DNA of 64,000 nucleotides from an uncultured Dehalococcoidales bacterium (GTDB lineage: Bacteria; Chloroflexota; Dehalococcoidia; Dehalococcoidales; UBA5760): contig CAYYLM010000003.1 in assembly GCA_964472625.1 (NCBI GenBank), positions 33,294 through 97,293 on the forward strand, given 5' to 3'. Shown one piece after another: positions 54,297 to 64,000 of the stretch. Each line of letters begins with the position of its first letter. Within the stretch, counting starts at the first letter, position 1. A program made the translations under genes and the position numbers. The notes beneath the pieces were generated by a model, which did not search any database, was not told the origin of the DNA, and saw nothing but the letters and a program-made list of their open reading frames with translations.

Positions 54297-56336
54297 CTAG
54301 ACTAGTCCCCCAAAATGCACCAGCACCGGCGCCAGCACCAGAGCCACTATTGACATCAGCTTTATCATGATGTTCAGGGATGGCCCCGAGGTGTCCTTCA
54401 TCGGGTCGCCCACAGTATCACCAACCACGGCGGCTTTATGGGCGTCGGAGCCCTTACCGCCGAAGGCACCGGTCTCAATCCATTTCTTGGCGTTGTCCCA
54501 GGAACCGCCGGCGTTGGCAAAGGTGACCGCCAGGATAAATCCGCAGGCTACGGCACCGATTAGGAAGCCACCGAGCGCTACCGCTCCCAATATCAGGCCA
54601 ACAATAATGGGAACGACGATGGTCAGCACCCCGGGCAGAATCATCTGCTTGATGGCAGAGCGGGTGCAGATATCGACGCACTTCCCGTATTCGGGCTTAG
54701 CCTTGCCCTCCATTAACCCCTTTATCTCGCGGAACTGCCGGCGCACCTCATTGACGATGGAGAAGCTGGTTTTACCCACCGCGTTCAGGGTCAGGGCGCA
54801 GAAGATAGCCGGCATCATCACGCCGAGCAGGATGCCGCCGATAACCCTCGGGTCAAGCAGGCTTATCTCGGCAAACTTGATGCCCACTGCCTGGGTATAG
54901 GCAAGTAGCAGGGCCAGGGCAGTAAGCCCGGCAGCACCAATGGCAAAGCCCTTGCCGGTGGCAGCGGTGGTGTTACCCAGTGAGTCTAGGGCATCGGTTC
55001 GTTCTCGGATTTCTGGGGGCAGGTCTGACATTTCGACGATGCCGCCGGCATTATCGGCCACCGGGCCGTAGGCGTCGGTGGCATCCTGGATGCCCAGGGT
55101 AGCCAGCATGCCGACCCCGGCAATGGCGATGCCGTAGATATCGGCGAAGCGATAGGCAATCAGCATGGCGACGACGACCAGGATGATGGGCGGGAGAGTG
55201 CTCATCAGACCATTGGCGAAGCCCCTGGTGAGGAGAGTGCCGGCCCCCGTTTGTGACGAGTCGGCGATGCCCAGGGTTGGTTTGTAGGCGTAGGAGGTGA
55301 AGTAATTGGTGCTCTCACCAATCAGCACCCCGGCAATGAGACCGGCCAGGATTGCCCAGAAGACACCGATATTTATATTCAAGAAGTGGACGGCGAGAAA
55401 GGCAAAGACGGCGGTGAGGACCGAGGCTAGAATGGTGCCCCGGCGTAGAGCATTGAGTAGTGCCCCCATCTTGGCAGCTACCTTGCCGCTAATTCGTACC
55501 GCAAATATGCCGATAATTGAGGCGACGATGCCGCCGGCGGCGACCAGCATGGGCAAGAACCAGGCGGTGGTGGTGTTATCGGTTAGCTTGGCAGAGAAGA
55601 CGGCGATTGCTGCTAGGGCCATAGTGGCGATGATGGAGTCGACATAGGACTCAAAGAGGTCGGCACCCATACCAGCTACATCACCGACATTGTCACCCAC
55701 AAAGTCAGCGATGACGGCAGCGTTTCTGGGGTCGTCCTCGGGGATTCCCTTCTCAACCTTACCCACGATGTCAGCCCCGGTGTCGGCAGCCTTGGTGTAG
55801 ATGCCACCGCCGACTCGGGCAAAGATGGCTACTGAGGAGGCACCGAAACCGAAGGCGGGGATAACCTTTAGGAAGAGGTCGGGGTTTTGGCCGAAGGCAA
55901 AATAGAGGACACTTAAGCCGATGATGCCGATACCGACCACGCACATCCCCATAACCGCTCCGCTACGGAAGGAAACCCTGAGGCCGTCGTTCAGGCTCTT
56001 TTGAGCAGCGGCGGCGGTTCTGGAGTTGGCTCTGATGGCGATATTCATGCCGATAAAGCCAGCCATAGCCGAGGCAACAGCACCCAGAGCGAAGACCAGG
56101 GACACCCACCAGCCGAGCATGGGTACCACACCGAGAATGACGGCGACCACGGCCACGAAGATGACCAAGATTCTATATTCTCTACCGAGGAAGGCTAAGG
56201 CTCCCTCCTTAATGGCGGCGGATATCTGTCTTATTTTGTCGGAACCCTGGTCCTGCTTTAGGACGTAGCGAGCTAGGAGCCCGGCAATACCGAGCCCGAT
56301 GGCGCCACAGATCACGGCCACAATCATTGGGGTCAT
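54297..56336 (-). CDS. hppA: membrane-bound proton/sodium-translocating pyrophosphatase
   Basis: 679 aa, about 16 TM helices, GGGIYTKAADTGADIVGKVE, DNVGDVAGMGADLFESY, GDTVGDPMKDTSGPSLN. Confidence 0.9.
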   Translation of the reverse strand: MTPMIVAVICGAIGLGIAGLLARYVLKQDQGSDKIRQISAAIKEGALAFLGREYRILVIFVAVVAVILGVVPMLGWWVSLVFALGAVASAMAGFIGMNIAIRANSRTAAAAQKSLNDGLRVSFRSGAVMGMCVVGIGIIGLSVLYFAFGQNPDLFLKVIPAFGFGASSVAIFARVGGGIYTKAADTGADIVGKVEKGIPEDDPRNAAVIADFVGDNVGDVAGMGADLFESYVDSIIATMALAAIAVFSAKLTDNTTTAWFLPMLVAAGGIVASIIGIFAVRISGKVAAKMGALLNALRRGTILASVLTAVFAFLAVHFLNINIGVFWAILAGLIAGVLIGESTNYFTSYAYKPTLGIADSSQTGAGTLLTRGFANGLMSTLPPIILVVVAMLIAYRFADIYGIAIAGVGMLATLGIQDATDAYGPVADNAGGIVEMSDLPPEIRERTDALDSLGNTTAATGKGFAIGAAGLTALALLLAYTQAVGIKFAEISLLDPRVIGGILLGVMMPAIFCALTLNAVGKTSFSIVNEVRRQFREIKGLMEGKAKPEYGKCVDICTRSAIKQMILPGVLTIVVPIIVGLILGAVALGGFLIGAVACGFILAVTFANAGGSWDNAKKWIETGAFGGKGSDAHKAAVVGDTVGDPMKDTSGPSLNIMIKLMSIVALVLAPVLVHFGGLV

Positions 56337-56448
56337 TATTTGCTCTCCTCTCTAGCTTGGGAATCTTTAAATCGCAACTGCGCTTGCTTTCTTCAAAAGT
56401 CATAAAGTGACCAAGACCTATTGCTAGGCTAAAGTACTTTGAGACTTA

Positions 56449-57099
56449 CTAAAGCTTGTCCTCAAATAGCTTCAATTTCTTCTCAAGTTTGCTTTGCTGC
56501 CTAACTAGCGTCAGGTCACTGCGTGTCCTTTCTAGGACGCCGCGCACCATATCGGTGGTGCGGCGTAAGCCGCCGGTGATAGCATCGGGAAAATCCATAG
56601 TAACTAGGATATTGTAAATATCATCCATAGCCGTAAGTAGCTCTTCAACCCGTGACAGGTCATCCCTTCTGATGCTGTCCAGGAGGTAGCGCCTCAGCTC
56701 ACCGACCGCTTCACCGAGTCCGTTGAGATAGGCGGTGAAGCTAATTTCGAGTTCATCGGGGGTGGGTGCTTTCTTCTCGGTAATCAGGGCTAGGGTGATG
56801 CTGGCCTCGGCGAATTCCTTCTGGGCATCATGGAAAAAGCCAGCGTGTCCTAGCTCACTATAGCTGGCGATGGCCTGTTCGGCCTCTCTGAGCAGACTGC
56901 GGGCTGACTTAAGCAGCTTATCTGCCGGCCTAAACTCCTGGCGGTGTACCGCCCGGATAGCAGTGGAGGCGTGGCGGATTACTTCACGGCACAGGGGCAG
57001 AACCTTTTCTCTGGTCTCATCTTTGGCGGTAAAGTCTTTTCGGATCTGCTCGGCAATCGAGTCCAAATTATCGGTTAGTCTATTCATACCCTGCCTCAA
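56449..57099 (-). CDS. translin family protein
   Basis: Helical ~210-aa protein. YLNGLGEAVGELRRYLLD...LRRTTDMVRGVLERTRSDL is collinear with the translin pattern (YL.G..D..GEL.R ... LR.K.D). Recalled pattern, not searched. Confidence 0.55.
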   Translation of the reverse strand: MRQGMNRLTDNLDSIAEQIRKDFTAKDETREKVLPLCREVIRHASTAIRAVHRQEFRPADKLLKSARSLLREAEQAIASYSELGHAGFFHDAQKEFAEASITLALITEKKAPTPDELEISFTAYLNGLGEAVGELRRYLLDSIRRDDLSRVEELLTAMDDIYNILVTMDFPDAITGGLRRTTDMVRGVLERTRSDLTLVRQQSKLEKKLKLFEDKL

Positions 57100-58159
57100 T
57101 TCTGGCTACTATCTCTCGGGCAGCTTCCTTGGGAGACTCAGCACCCAGGATGGCGCTAATGACGGCTACTGAGTCAGCGCCGCAGGCGATCACCTCGGCG
57201 GCGTTGTCTTTGGTGATACCCCCAATAGCGACTAGGGGCAGCTTTACCGCCTGTCTGACCTGACGCAGCCTCTCAAGCCCAACAATGACCGCTTTTTCTT
57301 TGGAGGGGGTTGGGTAGATTGAGCCGATGGCAACGTAATCAGCCCCGTCAGATTCGGCGGCGATGGCCTGATCTACGGTAGTGGTGGAGCAACCCAGGAT
57401 TTTATCTATCGGCATAAGTTTGCGGGCTACCGTGATGGGCAGGTCATCCTGTCCCAGATGCAGGCCGTCAGCATCCGTGGCCAGAGCCAGGTCTAGGTAA
57501 TCATTGACGATGAAGAGCACGTTATGCTCAGCACACAGTGCTTTAAGCTGCTGGGCAATGGGCAGTAACTCCTTCTTGCTGGTGAGTTTATCCCTGAGTT
57601 GAAGCGTTTTTGCCCCGCCCTGGATTATCTGGCGGGCTACTTCTAGGTGGCTACGCCCCTTCAGGGCTTGGGTGTCAATGATGGCGTGGAGTCCACTCAG
57701 GTGCGGTGCCCTATCTCGTCGGAGCAGCCGGGAGAGGAGTTCTCGCTCTATAGTATAAAGGTTAAATCGAGCCTGTTTAAACTGCTCCGGGTCTAATTTA
57801 GGTATCGTATCCTGGGTCTTAGCCAGTTCCTCGATAGTGCGCAGTGACTCCTGAACTCTTCTCGCGTTAGCCACGACCACTAGTGGTAGCTCCTTTTCCT
57901 TTTCCTGCCCTGGTGCTAGCGTACTGGCGCCGACGTCGTGCTCCGAGTCTCGGGCCTCAACGAGCTGTTTATTAAATGTCAGTTCTCCCCTTACGAGCTC
58001 ATGGCGCATGAGTTTTAGCTGCTGGCTTAAAACGGCGTCGTCAAGTACCAGGCGGGCGATATCTTCAAGAACGCGTAGCCCTTCACCGGTGCGATTCAGG
58101 TTAGCATCGATAACGCGCCGTATCTTCAGCAGCCGTGCTTCTGGCGTCGCCATTTTCAC
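57080..58159 (-). CDS. thiE: thiamine-phosphate synthase with ~150-aa N-terminal extension
   Basis: The C-terminal half (LQLRDK..., FIVNDYLDLALATDADGLHLGQDDL, VAIGSIYPTPSK, VAIGGI) is ThiE. The N-terminal helical domain is extra. Confidence 0.8.
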   Translation of the reverse strand: MKMATPEARLLKIRRVIDANLNRTGEGLRVLEDIARLVLDDAVLSQQLKLMRHELVRGELTFNKQLVEARDSEHDVGASTLAPGQEKEKELPLVVVANARRVQESLRTIEELAKTQDTIPKLDPEQFKQARFNLYTIERELLSRLLRRDRAPHLSGLHAIIDTQALKGRSHLEVARQIIQGGAKTLQLRDKLTSKKELLPIAQQLKALCAEHNVLFIVNDYLDLALATDADGLHLGQDDLPITVARKLMPIDKILGCSTTTVDQAIAAESDGADYVAIGSIYPTPSKEKAVIVGLERLRQVRQAVKLPLVAIGGITKDNAAEVIACGADSVAVISAILGAESPKEAAREIVARIEAGYE

Positions 58160-58249
58160 ACTTCCCAGTCGCTAATTCTAGCATAGTTGCGGTTGGATGG
58201 TAAACAGGAAGCTTCGGCATTTTTTACTGCGGTGGCTTTGAGTTCGTGC

Positions 58250-58621
58250 TTAATCCCCGGTTATGGCGTTTTCGATGAGCTCAATTCGTAACGGCATACC
58301 TTTCCAGTTCAGTTCTATGGCCACGGTATCAATACGCCATAAGGAGGCTGGCTTGTCCCGAGATTGCTGGTAATGCCAGGCGGTAGCTACCATCTTTTCC
58401 TTCTTGGCGGGAGTGATTGACTCTTCAGGGCTGCCGAACTTAAGGCTTCTTTTAGTTCTCACCTCAATGAAGACGAGGTAATCTTGGTGCCGGGCGATAA
58501 TATCAATCTCGCCATGGGGACACCGGTAGTTGGTTTCCAGGATATGGTAGCCACGCCTAGTAAGGAAATCGCGGGCTATTTTTTCCCCCAGAATACCGGT
58601 TCTCGGCGCTTCATTTCTCAA
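58250..58621 (-). CDS. yraN: YraN family (UPF0102) endonuclease-like protein
   Basis: GEKIARDFLTRRGYHILETNYRCPHGEIDIIA...VFIEVRTK. Confidence 0.8.
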   Translation of the reverse strand: MRNEAPRTGILGEKIARDFLTRRGYHILETNYRCPHGEIDIIARHQDYLVFIEVRTKRSLKFGSPEESITPAKKEKMVATAWHYQQSRDKPASLWRIDTVAIELNWKGMPLRIELIENAITGD

Positions 58622-59276
58622 TTACTTCCTTAACTGGCATAAAGGAGCGGCGGTGAATGGGGCACGGCCCCCTTTGGCACAGGTAAAAAAGGTGTTCTTT
58701 AGTGCCGTAGCCTTTATGTTTGGCTAGTCCGTAGCCGGGGTAGACCCGGTCAAGCTGAATCATAAAGTGGTCTCGGGCCACTTTAGCCACGATGGAGGCA
58801 CAGGCGATGGAGAAGCACAGCCGGTCGCCATTGGTTATCCCTTTTTGGGACAGAGATATGTCAGGAAGGCGCAGGTGGTCAATGAGCAGGGAGTCGGCTG
58901 GTGGTGAAAGCCGGGTAATAGCCTGCTTCATGGCGAGGATGGTTGCCTTGATGATATTCTGGGCGTCTATTGTCTCGGCAGGGACCATACCGATGCCTAT
59001 TGAGATAGCAGTTTTCTTAATATCGTGAAAAAGGCACTCACGTTTGGCGGGGCTTAACTGTTTGCAGTCCCTTATTTCTCTGGACCAGATAGTAGCTATC
59101 GGGAGGGGCATGATGACCGCCGCAGCGACCACCGGGCCGGCTAAAGCGCCCCTTCCGGCTTCATCGACTCCAGCAATAAGCTGATGACCCTGGGCGATGA
59201 GGTTATTTTCCTCAATAAGAGACGGTCTCACGAGATTATCTTTAGGCCTTAGTCGCATCGATTTTCTACCTGGCAA
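58611..59276 (-). CDS. rnhB: ribonuclease HII
   Basis: AGVDEAGRGALAGPVVAAAV, DSKQL-like CKQLS, ASIVAKV. Confidence 0.9.
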   Translation of the reverse strand: MPGRKSMRLRPKDNLVRPSLIEENNLIAQGHQLIAGVDEAGRGALAGPVVAAAVIMPLPIATIWSREIRDCKQLSPAKRECLFHDIKKTAISIGIGMVPAETIDAQNIIKATILAMKQAITRLSPPADSLLIDHLRLPDISLSQKGITNGDRLCFSIACASIVAKVARDHFMIQLDRVYPGYGLAKHKGYGTKEHLFYLCQRGPCPIHRRSFMPVKEVIEK

Positions 59277-59292
59277 CTTACCTAGGTTTTGC

Positions 59293-60336
59293 TCAGTCTA
59301 GGCTCTCTTGTATTATACCACCACCCAAAACAGTGTTATCCTGATAGAATACGATAGTTTGGCCAGGGGTGACGGCGCTTTGCGGTTGGTGAAACTCAAC
59401 CTTAGCGGTTCTTTGGTTGAGGTAGAGTTTTGCCGGCGCTTCTTTGGACTGGTAGCGAATCTTGGCAGTTATGTTGTCTAGGTTTTGCGGAGGTTTTCCC
59501 GCCACCCAGCTAAGCTTACGGGCGGTAAGTCGCCGGCTTAAAAGCTGGTCTTTCGAGCCGACTACTAAGCGGTTATTCTGGATATCGAGCCGGAGCACAT
59601 ACTGGCGCTCGCCGGTGCTGAACCCCAGCCCCTGCCTTTGCCCTACGGTGTAGTAGGCTAAGCCGCCGTGTTTACCGACGATTCTGCCACTACTGTCAAC
59701 GATGTCTCCGGGTTTTACCGGGATATGTCTGGCTAGAAATGAGCGGTAGTCGCTACCCGGGATAAAGCATATGTCGTGGCTTTCACGCTGGCGGCGGCTG
59801 GTTAATCCTTTTTCTTCAGCCAGCTTTCTGACCTCTGCTTTGTCCCGGTCACCCAGGGGAAGCATTATATATGGTAGCTCGCTCTGTCCCAGGGTATAGA
59901 GAAAATAGGACTGGTCTTTAGCCGTGTCGGTGGCTCTGAGCAGGCGGTAGCCCTCTGGCGATTTCTCGACTCGGGCATAATGGCCGGTGGCTAGGTAGTC
60001 AGCTCCCATGGCTAAGGCTCTCCGTAGCAGCAGCCCGAACTTAATGTGCTTGTTACAGATAGGGCACGGGTTTGGTGTCCGCCCCTCGCTGTATTCCTGG
60101 CAGAAGTAGTCGATGACCAGGCTTCGAAACTCGGCTTCAAGGTTTAGTTCGTGGAGAGGGATGTTAAGCGAGCTTGAGGTTTGCTTTAGGATAGCGATAT
60201 TGTCTTCGTAGTCAGGGTCGGCCCACAGCTTCAGGTGGATCCCGATAACCTCATAGCCCTCGTCCTTCAGTAGCCAGGCTGCCAGTGATGAGTCCACTCC
60301 GCCACTCATGGCCACGGCTACTTTTTTCTTAGGCAT
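59293..60336 (-). CDS. mnmA: tRNA 2-thiouridine(34) synthase MnmA
   Basis: VAVAMSGGVDSS PP-loop, NPCPICN, DQSYFLY. Confidence 0.9.
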   Translation of the reverse strand: MPKKKVAVAMSGGVDSSLAAWLLKDEGYEVIGIHLKLWADPDYEDNIAILKQTSSSLNIPLHELNLEAEFRSLVIDYFCQEYSEGRTPNPCPICNKHIKFGLLLRRALAMGADYLATGHYARVEKSPEGYRLLRATDTAKDQSYFLYTLGQSELPYIMLPLGDRDKAEVRKLAEEKGLTSRRQRESHDICFIPGSDYRSFLARHIPVKPGDIVDSSGRIVGKHGGLAYYTVGQRQGLGFSTGERQYVLRLDIQNNRLVVGSKDQLLSRRLTARKLSWVAGKPPQNLDNITAKIRYQSKEAPAKLYLNQRTAKVEFHQPQSAVTPGQTIVFYQDNTVLGGGIIQESLD

Positions 60337-60345
60337 TTTCCCTGC

Positions 60346-60972
60346 TTAGCTTGCCTCTCTGGAGAGCAGTCGGCGCACCTTGTGCCAGATTATCTCGGCG
60401 ATTTGCTCTTTGCTCTGGGTGGCGTCTACCACCAGCCAGCGCTCAGGCTCACTGGTGGCCAGCTTGAGGTAGCCGTCTCTCACCCTTTGGTGAAAGCTAA
60501 GCTTCTCCCGCTCAAAGCGGTCTTGGTTTGCCACCTTCTTGCGGGCAAGCCCGGCCTCGATGGGACTATCAAGAAGAATGGTCAGGTCGGGTTTCAGGCT
60601 GCTGGTGGCGACGTTGTTGACATACCTGACCATTTCTAAATCCAGCCCTCGTCCGTAGCCCTGGTAGACCGTGGTCGAGTCGGCATAGCGGTCGCTGATA
60701 ACAGTCTTACCATCTTTTAGGCCAGGTATTATTATCTTGGTTACTGACTCAGCGCGGGCGGCATTAAACAAAAGGAGCTCGGTTAAGGGCGATATTTCTT
60801 TATCGTCACCCCACTTGAGCCAGCGCCCCAGTCTCTTCCCGAACGGTGTCCCGCCGGGTTCATAGGTCAGCATTGTCGGAATAGCCAATTTTGATAGCCT
60901 TCGGTACAGCAGCCTGGCCTGGGTGCTCTTGCCGCAGCCCTCGCCGCCCTCAAAGGTGGTAAATAGTGACAT
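60346..60972 (-). CDS. tmk: dTMP kinase
   Basis: FTTFEGGEGCGKSTQ P-loop, DRYADST. Confidence 0.9.
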   Translation of the reverse strand: MSLFTTFEGGEGCGKSTQARLLYRRLSKLAIPTMLTYEPGGTPFGKRLGRWLKWGDDKEISPLTELLLFNAARAESVTKIIIPGLKDGKTVISDRYADSTTVYQGYGRGLDLEMVRYVNNVATSSLKPDLTILLDSPIEAGLARKKVANQDRFEREKLSFHQRVRDGYLKLATSEPERWLVVDATQSKEQIAEIIWHKVRRLLSREAS

Positions 60973-60978
60973 AACTTC

Positions 60979-62490
60979 CTACCTGAAAATCCTCACCCGC
61001 CGGTTGGGGTCTCTACCGGTGCTCTGGGAGAGCAGGGCATTTCGCTCGGCGATAAGGTGCTGTAGCCGGCGAATGTAGGCACTCTGGGGACTGAGTTCTA
61101 CTGGTCCTTCCCCATCCTTAACCTGTGCCACAGCCTCCTCCGCCTCGGTGAGGGCGGCCTTAATGGAGGTTGCTTTGGGCGCGCTCTCGGTGGGGTAGAG
61201 TTCATTTAGTAGCTGCCTGATTTGATGGGGGGTATTGCTCCTGAGGACGTAGATGGGCAGGCTGGCGGCTTCTGCCTCCCTGACCTTTTGCAGCTTGCGG
61301 CGGTAGTAGTTTTTGGAGGTGATGAACAGGTTCGCCTCAGTAAGGCTCTTGACTATATCCAGCGGTAGCTGCATCTCCTGGGCCATCTGCGCAAATCGTC
61401 CCTGGTTTACCCCGAAGAGGTAAAGCCTGGGCGGCTCGTTTTTTTTGATTAGTGGTCGGGCCCTCCGGGTTCTGGCGGTGGTTTCCGGCGGCCTTTTTTC
61501 TATTTTGACTTCTCCATGCTCATCTAGCCAGCGAATCTCGGAATCCAGCGGCTGGCCGCGCAGGATGGCGTCAACTGCCTGGCTAACATCGGGGTGAATG
61601 GCTACCTTGTCCCAGCCTAAGATTTCAACCACGATATCAAAGGTAGGCTGGGAAGTGCGCTCCAGTATGGATTTCTGGGTGCCCCGCCTCTTAGCTTCCT
61701 CGTCGCCGAGGGTTACTGTCTGGATGCCACCGATAAGGTCGGAGAGGGTGGGGTTCATCATCAGGTTTTCCAGGGTGTTGCCGTGGGCGGTGCCGATGAG
61801 CTGGACGCCGCGTTCGGCAATGGTTCGGGCGGCTTGAGCCTCAAGCTCAGTACCGATCTCATCAATGACGATTACCTCCGGCATGTGGTTCTCGACCGCC
61901 TCAATCATGACGGCGTGCTGTTTGGTGGGGGTGGTAACCTGCATCCGTCGGGCATGCCCGATGGCGGGGTGGGGAATATCACCGTCGCCGGCAATCTCGT
62001 TTGAGGTGTCAACGATAATAACCCGCTTGCTGAAGTCGTCAGCCAGCACCCGGGCTGCCTCACGGAGCATGGTTGTCTTGCCGACACCCGGCCCGCCTAA
62101 AAGCATGATGCTCTTACCTGACTGGACGAGGTCTTCAATAACCCTTATTGTGCCGTAGACAGCCCGCCCCACCCGGCAGGTAAGCCCGACGATGCGCCCG
62201 GCGCGGTTACGGATGGCCGAGATACGATGCAGGGTGCGCTCAATCCCGGCCCGGTTGTCATCACCAAAGCTACCGATGCGGGAGACGACATAGCTTAAGT
62301 CCTGTTTGTCAACCTCCTTGGGGTTAAGGACTTCTTCCCGCTGGGGAAAACGGGCCTCAGCGGGACGACCCAAGTCCAGGACTACCTCCAGCAGCTGGTG
62401 GTTGTCACTTCGCTCGTAAAGTGGCTGGCGGATATGCGGTGGCAGAATGTCGAGCAGGGCCTCTAGGTCGTCAGTGATTACTTTCTGCAA
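60979..62490 (-). CDS. AAA-type ATPase with C-terminal R3H-like nucleic-acid-binding region (SpoIIIAA/ycf45-like)
   Basis: GGPGVGKTT Walker A, VIVIDEIG Walker B; length and layout match ycf45-type R3H ATPases. Confidence 0.7.
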   Translation of the reverse strand: MQKVITDDLEALLDILPPHIRQPLYERSDNHQLLEVVLDLGRPAEARFPQREEVLNPKEVDKQDLSYVVSRIGSFGDDNRAGIERTLHRISAIRNRAGRIVGLTCRVGRAVYGTIRVIEDLVQSGKSIMLLGGPGVGKTTMLREAARVLADDFSKRVIIVDTSNEIAGDGDIPHPAIGHARRMQVTTPTKQHAVMIEAVENHMPEVIVIDEIGTELEAQAARTIAERGVQLIGTAHGNTLENLMMNPTLSDLIGGIQTVTLGDEEAKRRGTQKSILERTSQPTFDIVVEILGWDKVAIHPDVSQAVDAILRGQPLDSEIRWLDEHGEVKIEKRPPETTARTRRARPLIKKNEPPRLYLFGVNQGRFAQMAQEMQLPLDIVKSLTEANLFITSKNYYRRKLQKVREAEAASLPIYVLRSNTPHQIRQLLNELYPTESAPKATSIKAALTEAEEAVAQVKDGEGPVELSPQSAYIRRLQHLIAERNALLSQSTGRDPNRRVRIFR

Positions 62491-62492
62491 GA

Positions 62493-63086
62493 TTACTCTC
62501 CTGGCTGAGGATGACTGTTTTTAACAATATCTACGAAGTATTTATGAAATCTCAGGTCGGTGGTTAATTCGGGGTGAAAAGCAGTGGCGATTAGCCTCTC
62601 TTGCCGGGCGGCGACGATGGTGCCGTTATCTAACCGGGTTAGTACTGCTACGTTACCGTTCGCCTGTTCAATTACCGGGGCACGAATAAATACCCCGGGA
62701 AAGGGCTTTTCCCCCAGCGCCGGGATAGCGAGTTCAGCCTCAAAGCTCTCCCTCTGCCGGCCGAAGGCGTTACGTTTGACCACTATATCCATCAGGCCTA
62801 GAGGTTCTACTTTGGAATCCGAGAGCTCCTTGGCCAGGAGTATCAGCCCGGCACAGGTTCCCAGGATGGGTAAGCCGCCTATCGCCAGCTTTTTTATCTT
62901 GTCACTAAGGTCGTAGTCCCGCATTAGCCGGCTGATAGTGGTGCTTTCGCCCCCGGGAATGATTAGCCCGTCCAGGCTGATAAGTTCCAAGGGCAGGCGG
63001 ACGGGCAGGGCTTCTGCTTTTAGTTTGCGCAAGACGGCTATGTGCTCGGCAAAGGCTCCTTGCACGGCAAGGACACCTATTCTCAT
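62493..63086 (-). CDS. pdxT: pyridoxal 5'-phosphate synthase glutaminase subunit PdxT
   Basis: MRIGVLAVQGAF, GTCAG catalytic Cys context, FHPE. ATG 63086 lies 1 nt after the pdxS stop (the track ORF extends spuriously to 63158). Confidence 0.9.
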   Translation of the reverse strand: MRIGVLAVQGAFAEHIAVLRKLKAEALPVRLPLELISLDGLIIPGGESTTISRLMRDYDLSDKIKKLAIGGLPILGTCAGLILLAKELSDSKVEPLGLMDIVVKRNAFGRQRESFEAELAIPALGEKPFPGVFIRAPVIEQANGNVAVLTRLDNGTIVAARQERLIATAFHPELTTDLRFHKYFVDIVKNSHPQPGE

Positions 63087-63087
63087 G

Positions 63088-63969
63088 TTACCATCCTCTA
63101 GATGCCAGTAATTCTTCAGTTGGAATCTGTTTGATATCCAGCCCGGACATGGCTTCACCTAGGTTCTTGGAGACCTCGGCAATGATTTCCGGGTCTTGAT
63201 AGTGGGTGGTCGCCTTGACGATTGCCTTGGCTCTTGGCTCCGGGTTAGAGGACTTAAAGATTCCGGAGCCAACGAAGACCCCGTCGGCGCCCAGTTGCAT
63301 CATCAGGGCAGCATCAGCCGGGGTCGCCACGCCGCCGGCGGCAAAGTTGACCACGGGCAGTTTTCCGGTCTTGTGTAGTTCAGCAACAAGAGCAAACGGA
63401 GCCCCAATTTCCTTAGCCCGGCTCATTAGCTCGTCCTCCGGGGTAGCTACCAGCTGGCGGATGCCGTCGGTGACGGCGCGCATGTGTCTCACCGCTTCGA
63501 CGATATTACCGGTGCCGGCTTCACCCTTAGTTCTAATCATGGCCGCGCCTTCACCGATGCGCCTCAGTGCCTCACCCAGGTCGCGGCAGCCGCAGACAAA
63601 AGGCACCTTAAAGTCATGCTTCCAGATATGGTGGGCTTCATCGGCGGGGGTGAGCACCTCAGACTCATCTATGTAGTCAACGCCCAACGCCTCCAGTGCC
63701 TGAGCCTCGACAAAGTGACCGATACGACACTTAGCCATCACCGGTATTGAAACTGCCTTCATGATAGCTTCGATAATCGTTGGGTCAGCCATGCGAGCCA
63801 CGCCTCCCGCCGCCCGAATATCAGCGGGCACCCGCTCCAGGGCCATCACGGCGCAGGCACCGGCTTCCTCAGCAATTTTGGCATGCTCCGGGCTGACCAC
63901 GTCCATAATCACCCCGCCCTTGAGCATCTGAGCCAGCCCGCTCTTAACCTTCCAGGTTCCGGTTTCCAT
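63088..63969 (-). CDS. pdxS: pyridoxal 5'-phosphate synthase lyase subunit PdxS
   Basis: [44 protein letters not shown]. Confidence 0.9.
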   Translation of the reverse strand: METGTWKVKSGLAQMLKGGVIMDVVSPEHAKIAEEAGACAVMALERVPADIRAAGGVARMADPTIIEAIMKAVSIPVMAKCRIGHFVEAQALEALGVDYIDESEVLTPADEAHHIWKHDFKVPFVCGCRDLGEALRRIGEGAAMIRTKGEAGTGNIVEAVRHMRAVTDGIRQLVATPEDELMSRAKEIGAPFALVAELHKTGKLPVVNFAAGGVATPADAALMMQLGADGVFVGSGIFKSSNPEPRAKAIVKATTHYQDPEIIAEVSKNLGEAMSGLDIKQIPTEELLASRGW

Positions 63970-64000
63970 AGCTTCCTCGCCTCCCTAATCCTCACTACTT

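Noticed and set aside
58160-58249. TPP riboswitch upstream of thiE
   Set aside because: The spacer is about 90 nt and lacks the CUGAGA and ACCUGAUCUGGAUAAUGCCAGCG-type conserved elements.

Overview
64-kb chromosomal segment from a moderately GC-rich, probably anaerobic bacterium. The gene content resembles Chloroflexota/Dehalococcoidia-like genomes (tungsten-type aldehyde:ferredoxin oxidoreductase, membrane pyrophosphatase, PdxS/PdxT, DegV+PlsX lipid genes, translin, dedicated ECF transporter), but the taxon is inference only. I can support about 67 protein genes, one tRNA-Val(CAC), one integrase pseudogene, a few promoter-like sites and two coding tandem-repeat tracts. I saw no rRNA, no CRISPR array and no intact mobile element. 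Layout: nadA (partial); a bPH/SHOCT protein and a small TM protein flanking a 0.84-kb ORF-free gap; a Liv-type ABC importer with two tandem binding proteins; three DegV paralogs with fabF and plsX; AOR with its ferredoxin subunit; an AT-richer accessory patch (19.3-25.3 kb) around tRNA-Val; msrA; an FG-GAP lipoprotein; a RuBisCO-like-protein operon; an SdhA/NadB-family flavoprotein; a six-gene ECF operon with transcobalamin-like surface proteins; a serpin and a PD40 propeller; apt; an ABC-2 exporter operon. The last third is a long minus-strand housekeeping run (sbcD, glyQS, hppA, translin-like, thiE, yraN, rnhB, mnmA, tmk, R3H-ATPase, pdxT, pdxS). Main points of interest: (1) msrA carries an in-frame TGA exactly at the catalytic Cys, followed by a SECIS-like hairpin, making it a candidate selenoprotein that also has a lipoprotein signal. 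(2) A form-IV RuBisCO-like protein is co-operonic with a UPF0261/Tm-1-like ATP-binding protein and a PEP-hydrolase-like TIM barrel, a trio with no assigned pathway. (3) The ECF transporter operon encodes surface proteins whose domain make-up (alpha/alpha toroid + DUF4430) mimics transcobalamin, suggesting a corrinoid-capture system. (4) Two inverted paralogous zinc-ribbon mini-genes bracket a redox cassette next to an integrase remnant. (5) An orphan Pycsar-effector-like TM protein lies beside the ORF-free gap. All family calls come from motif recognition by eye on the supplied translations or my own translations; no database search was run.
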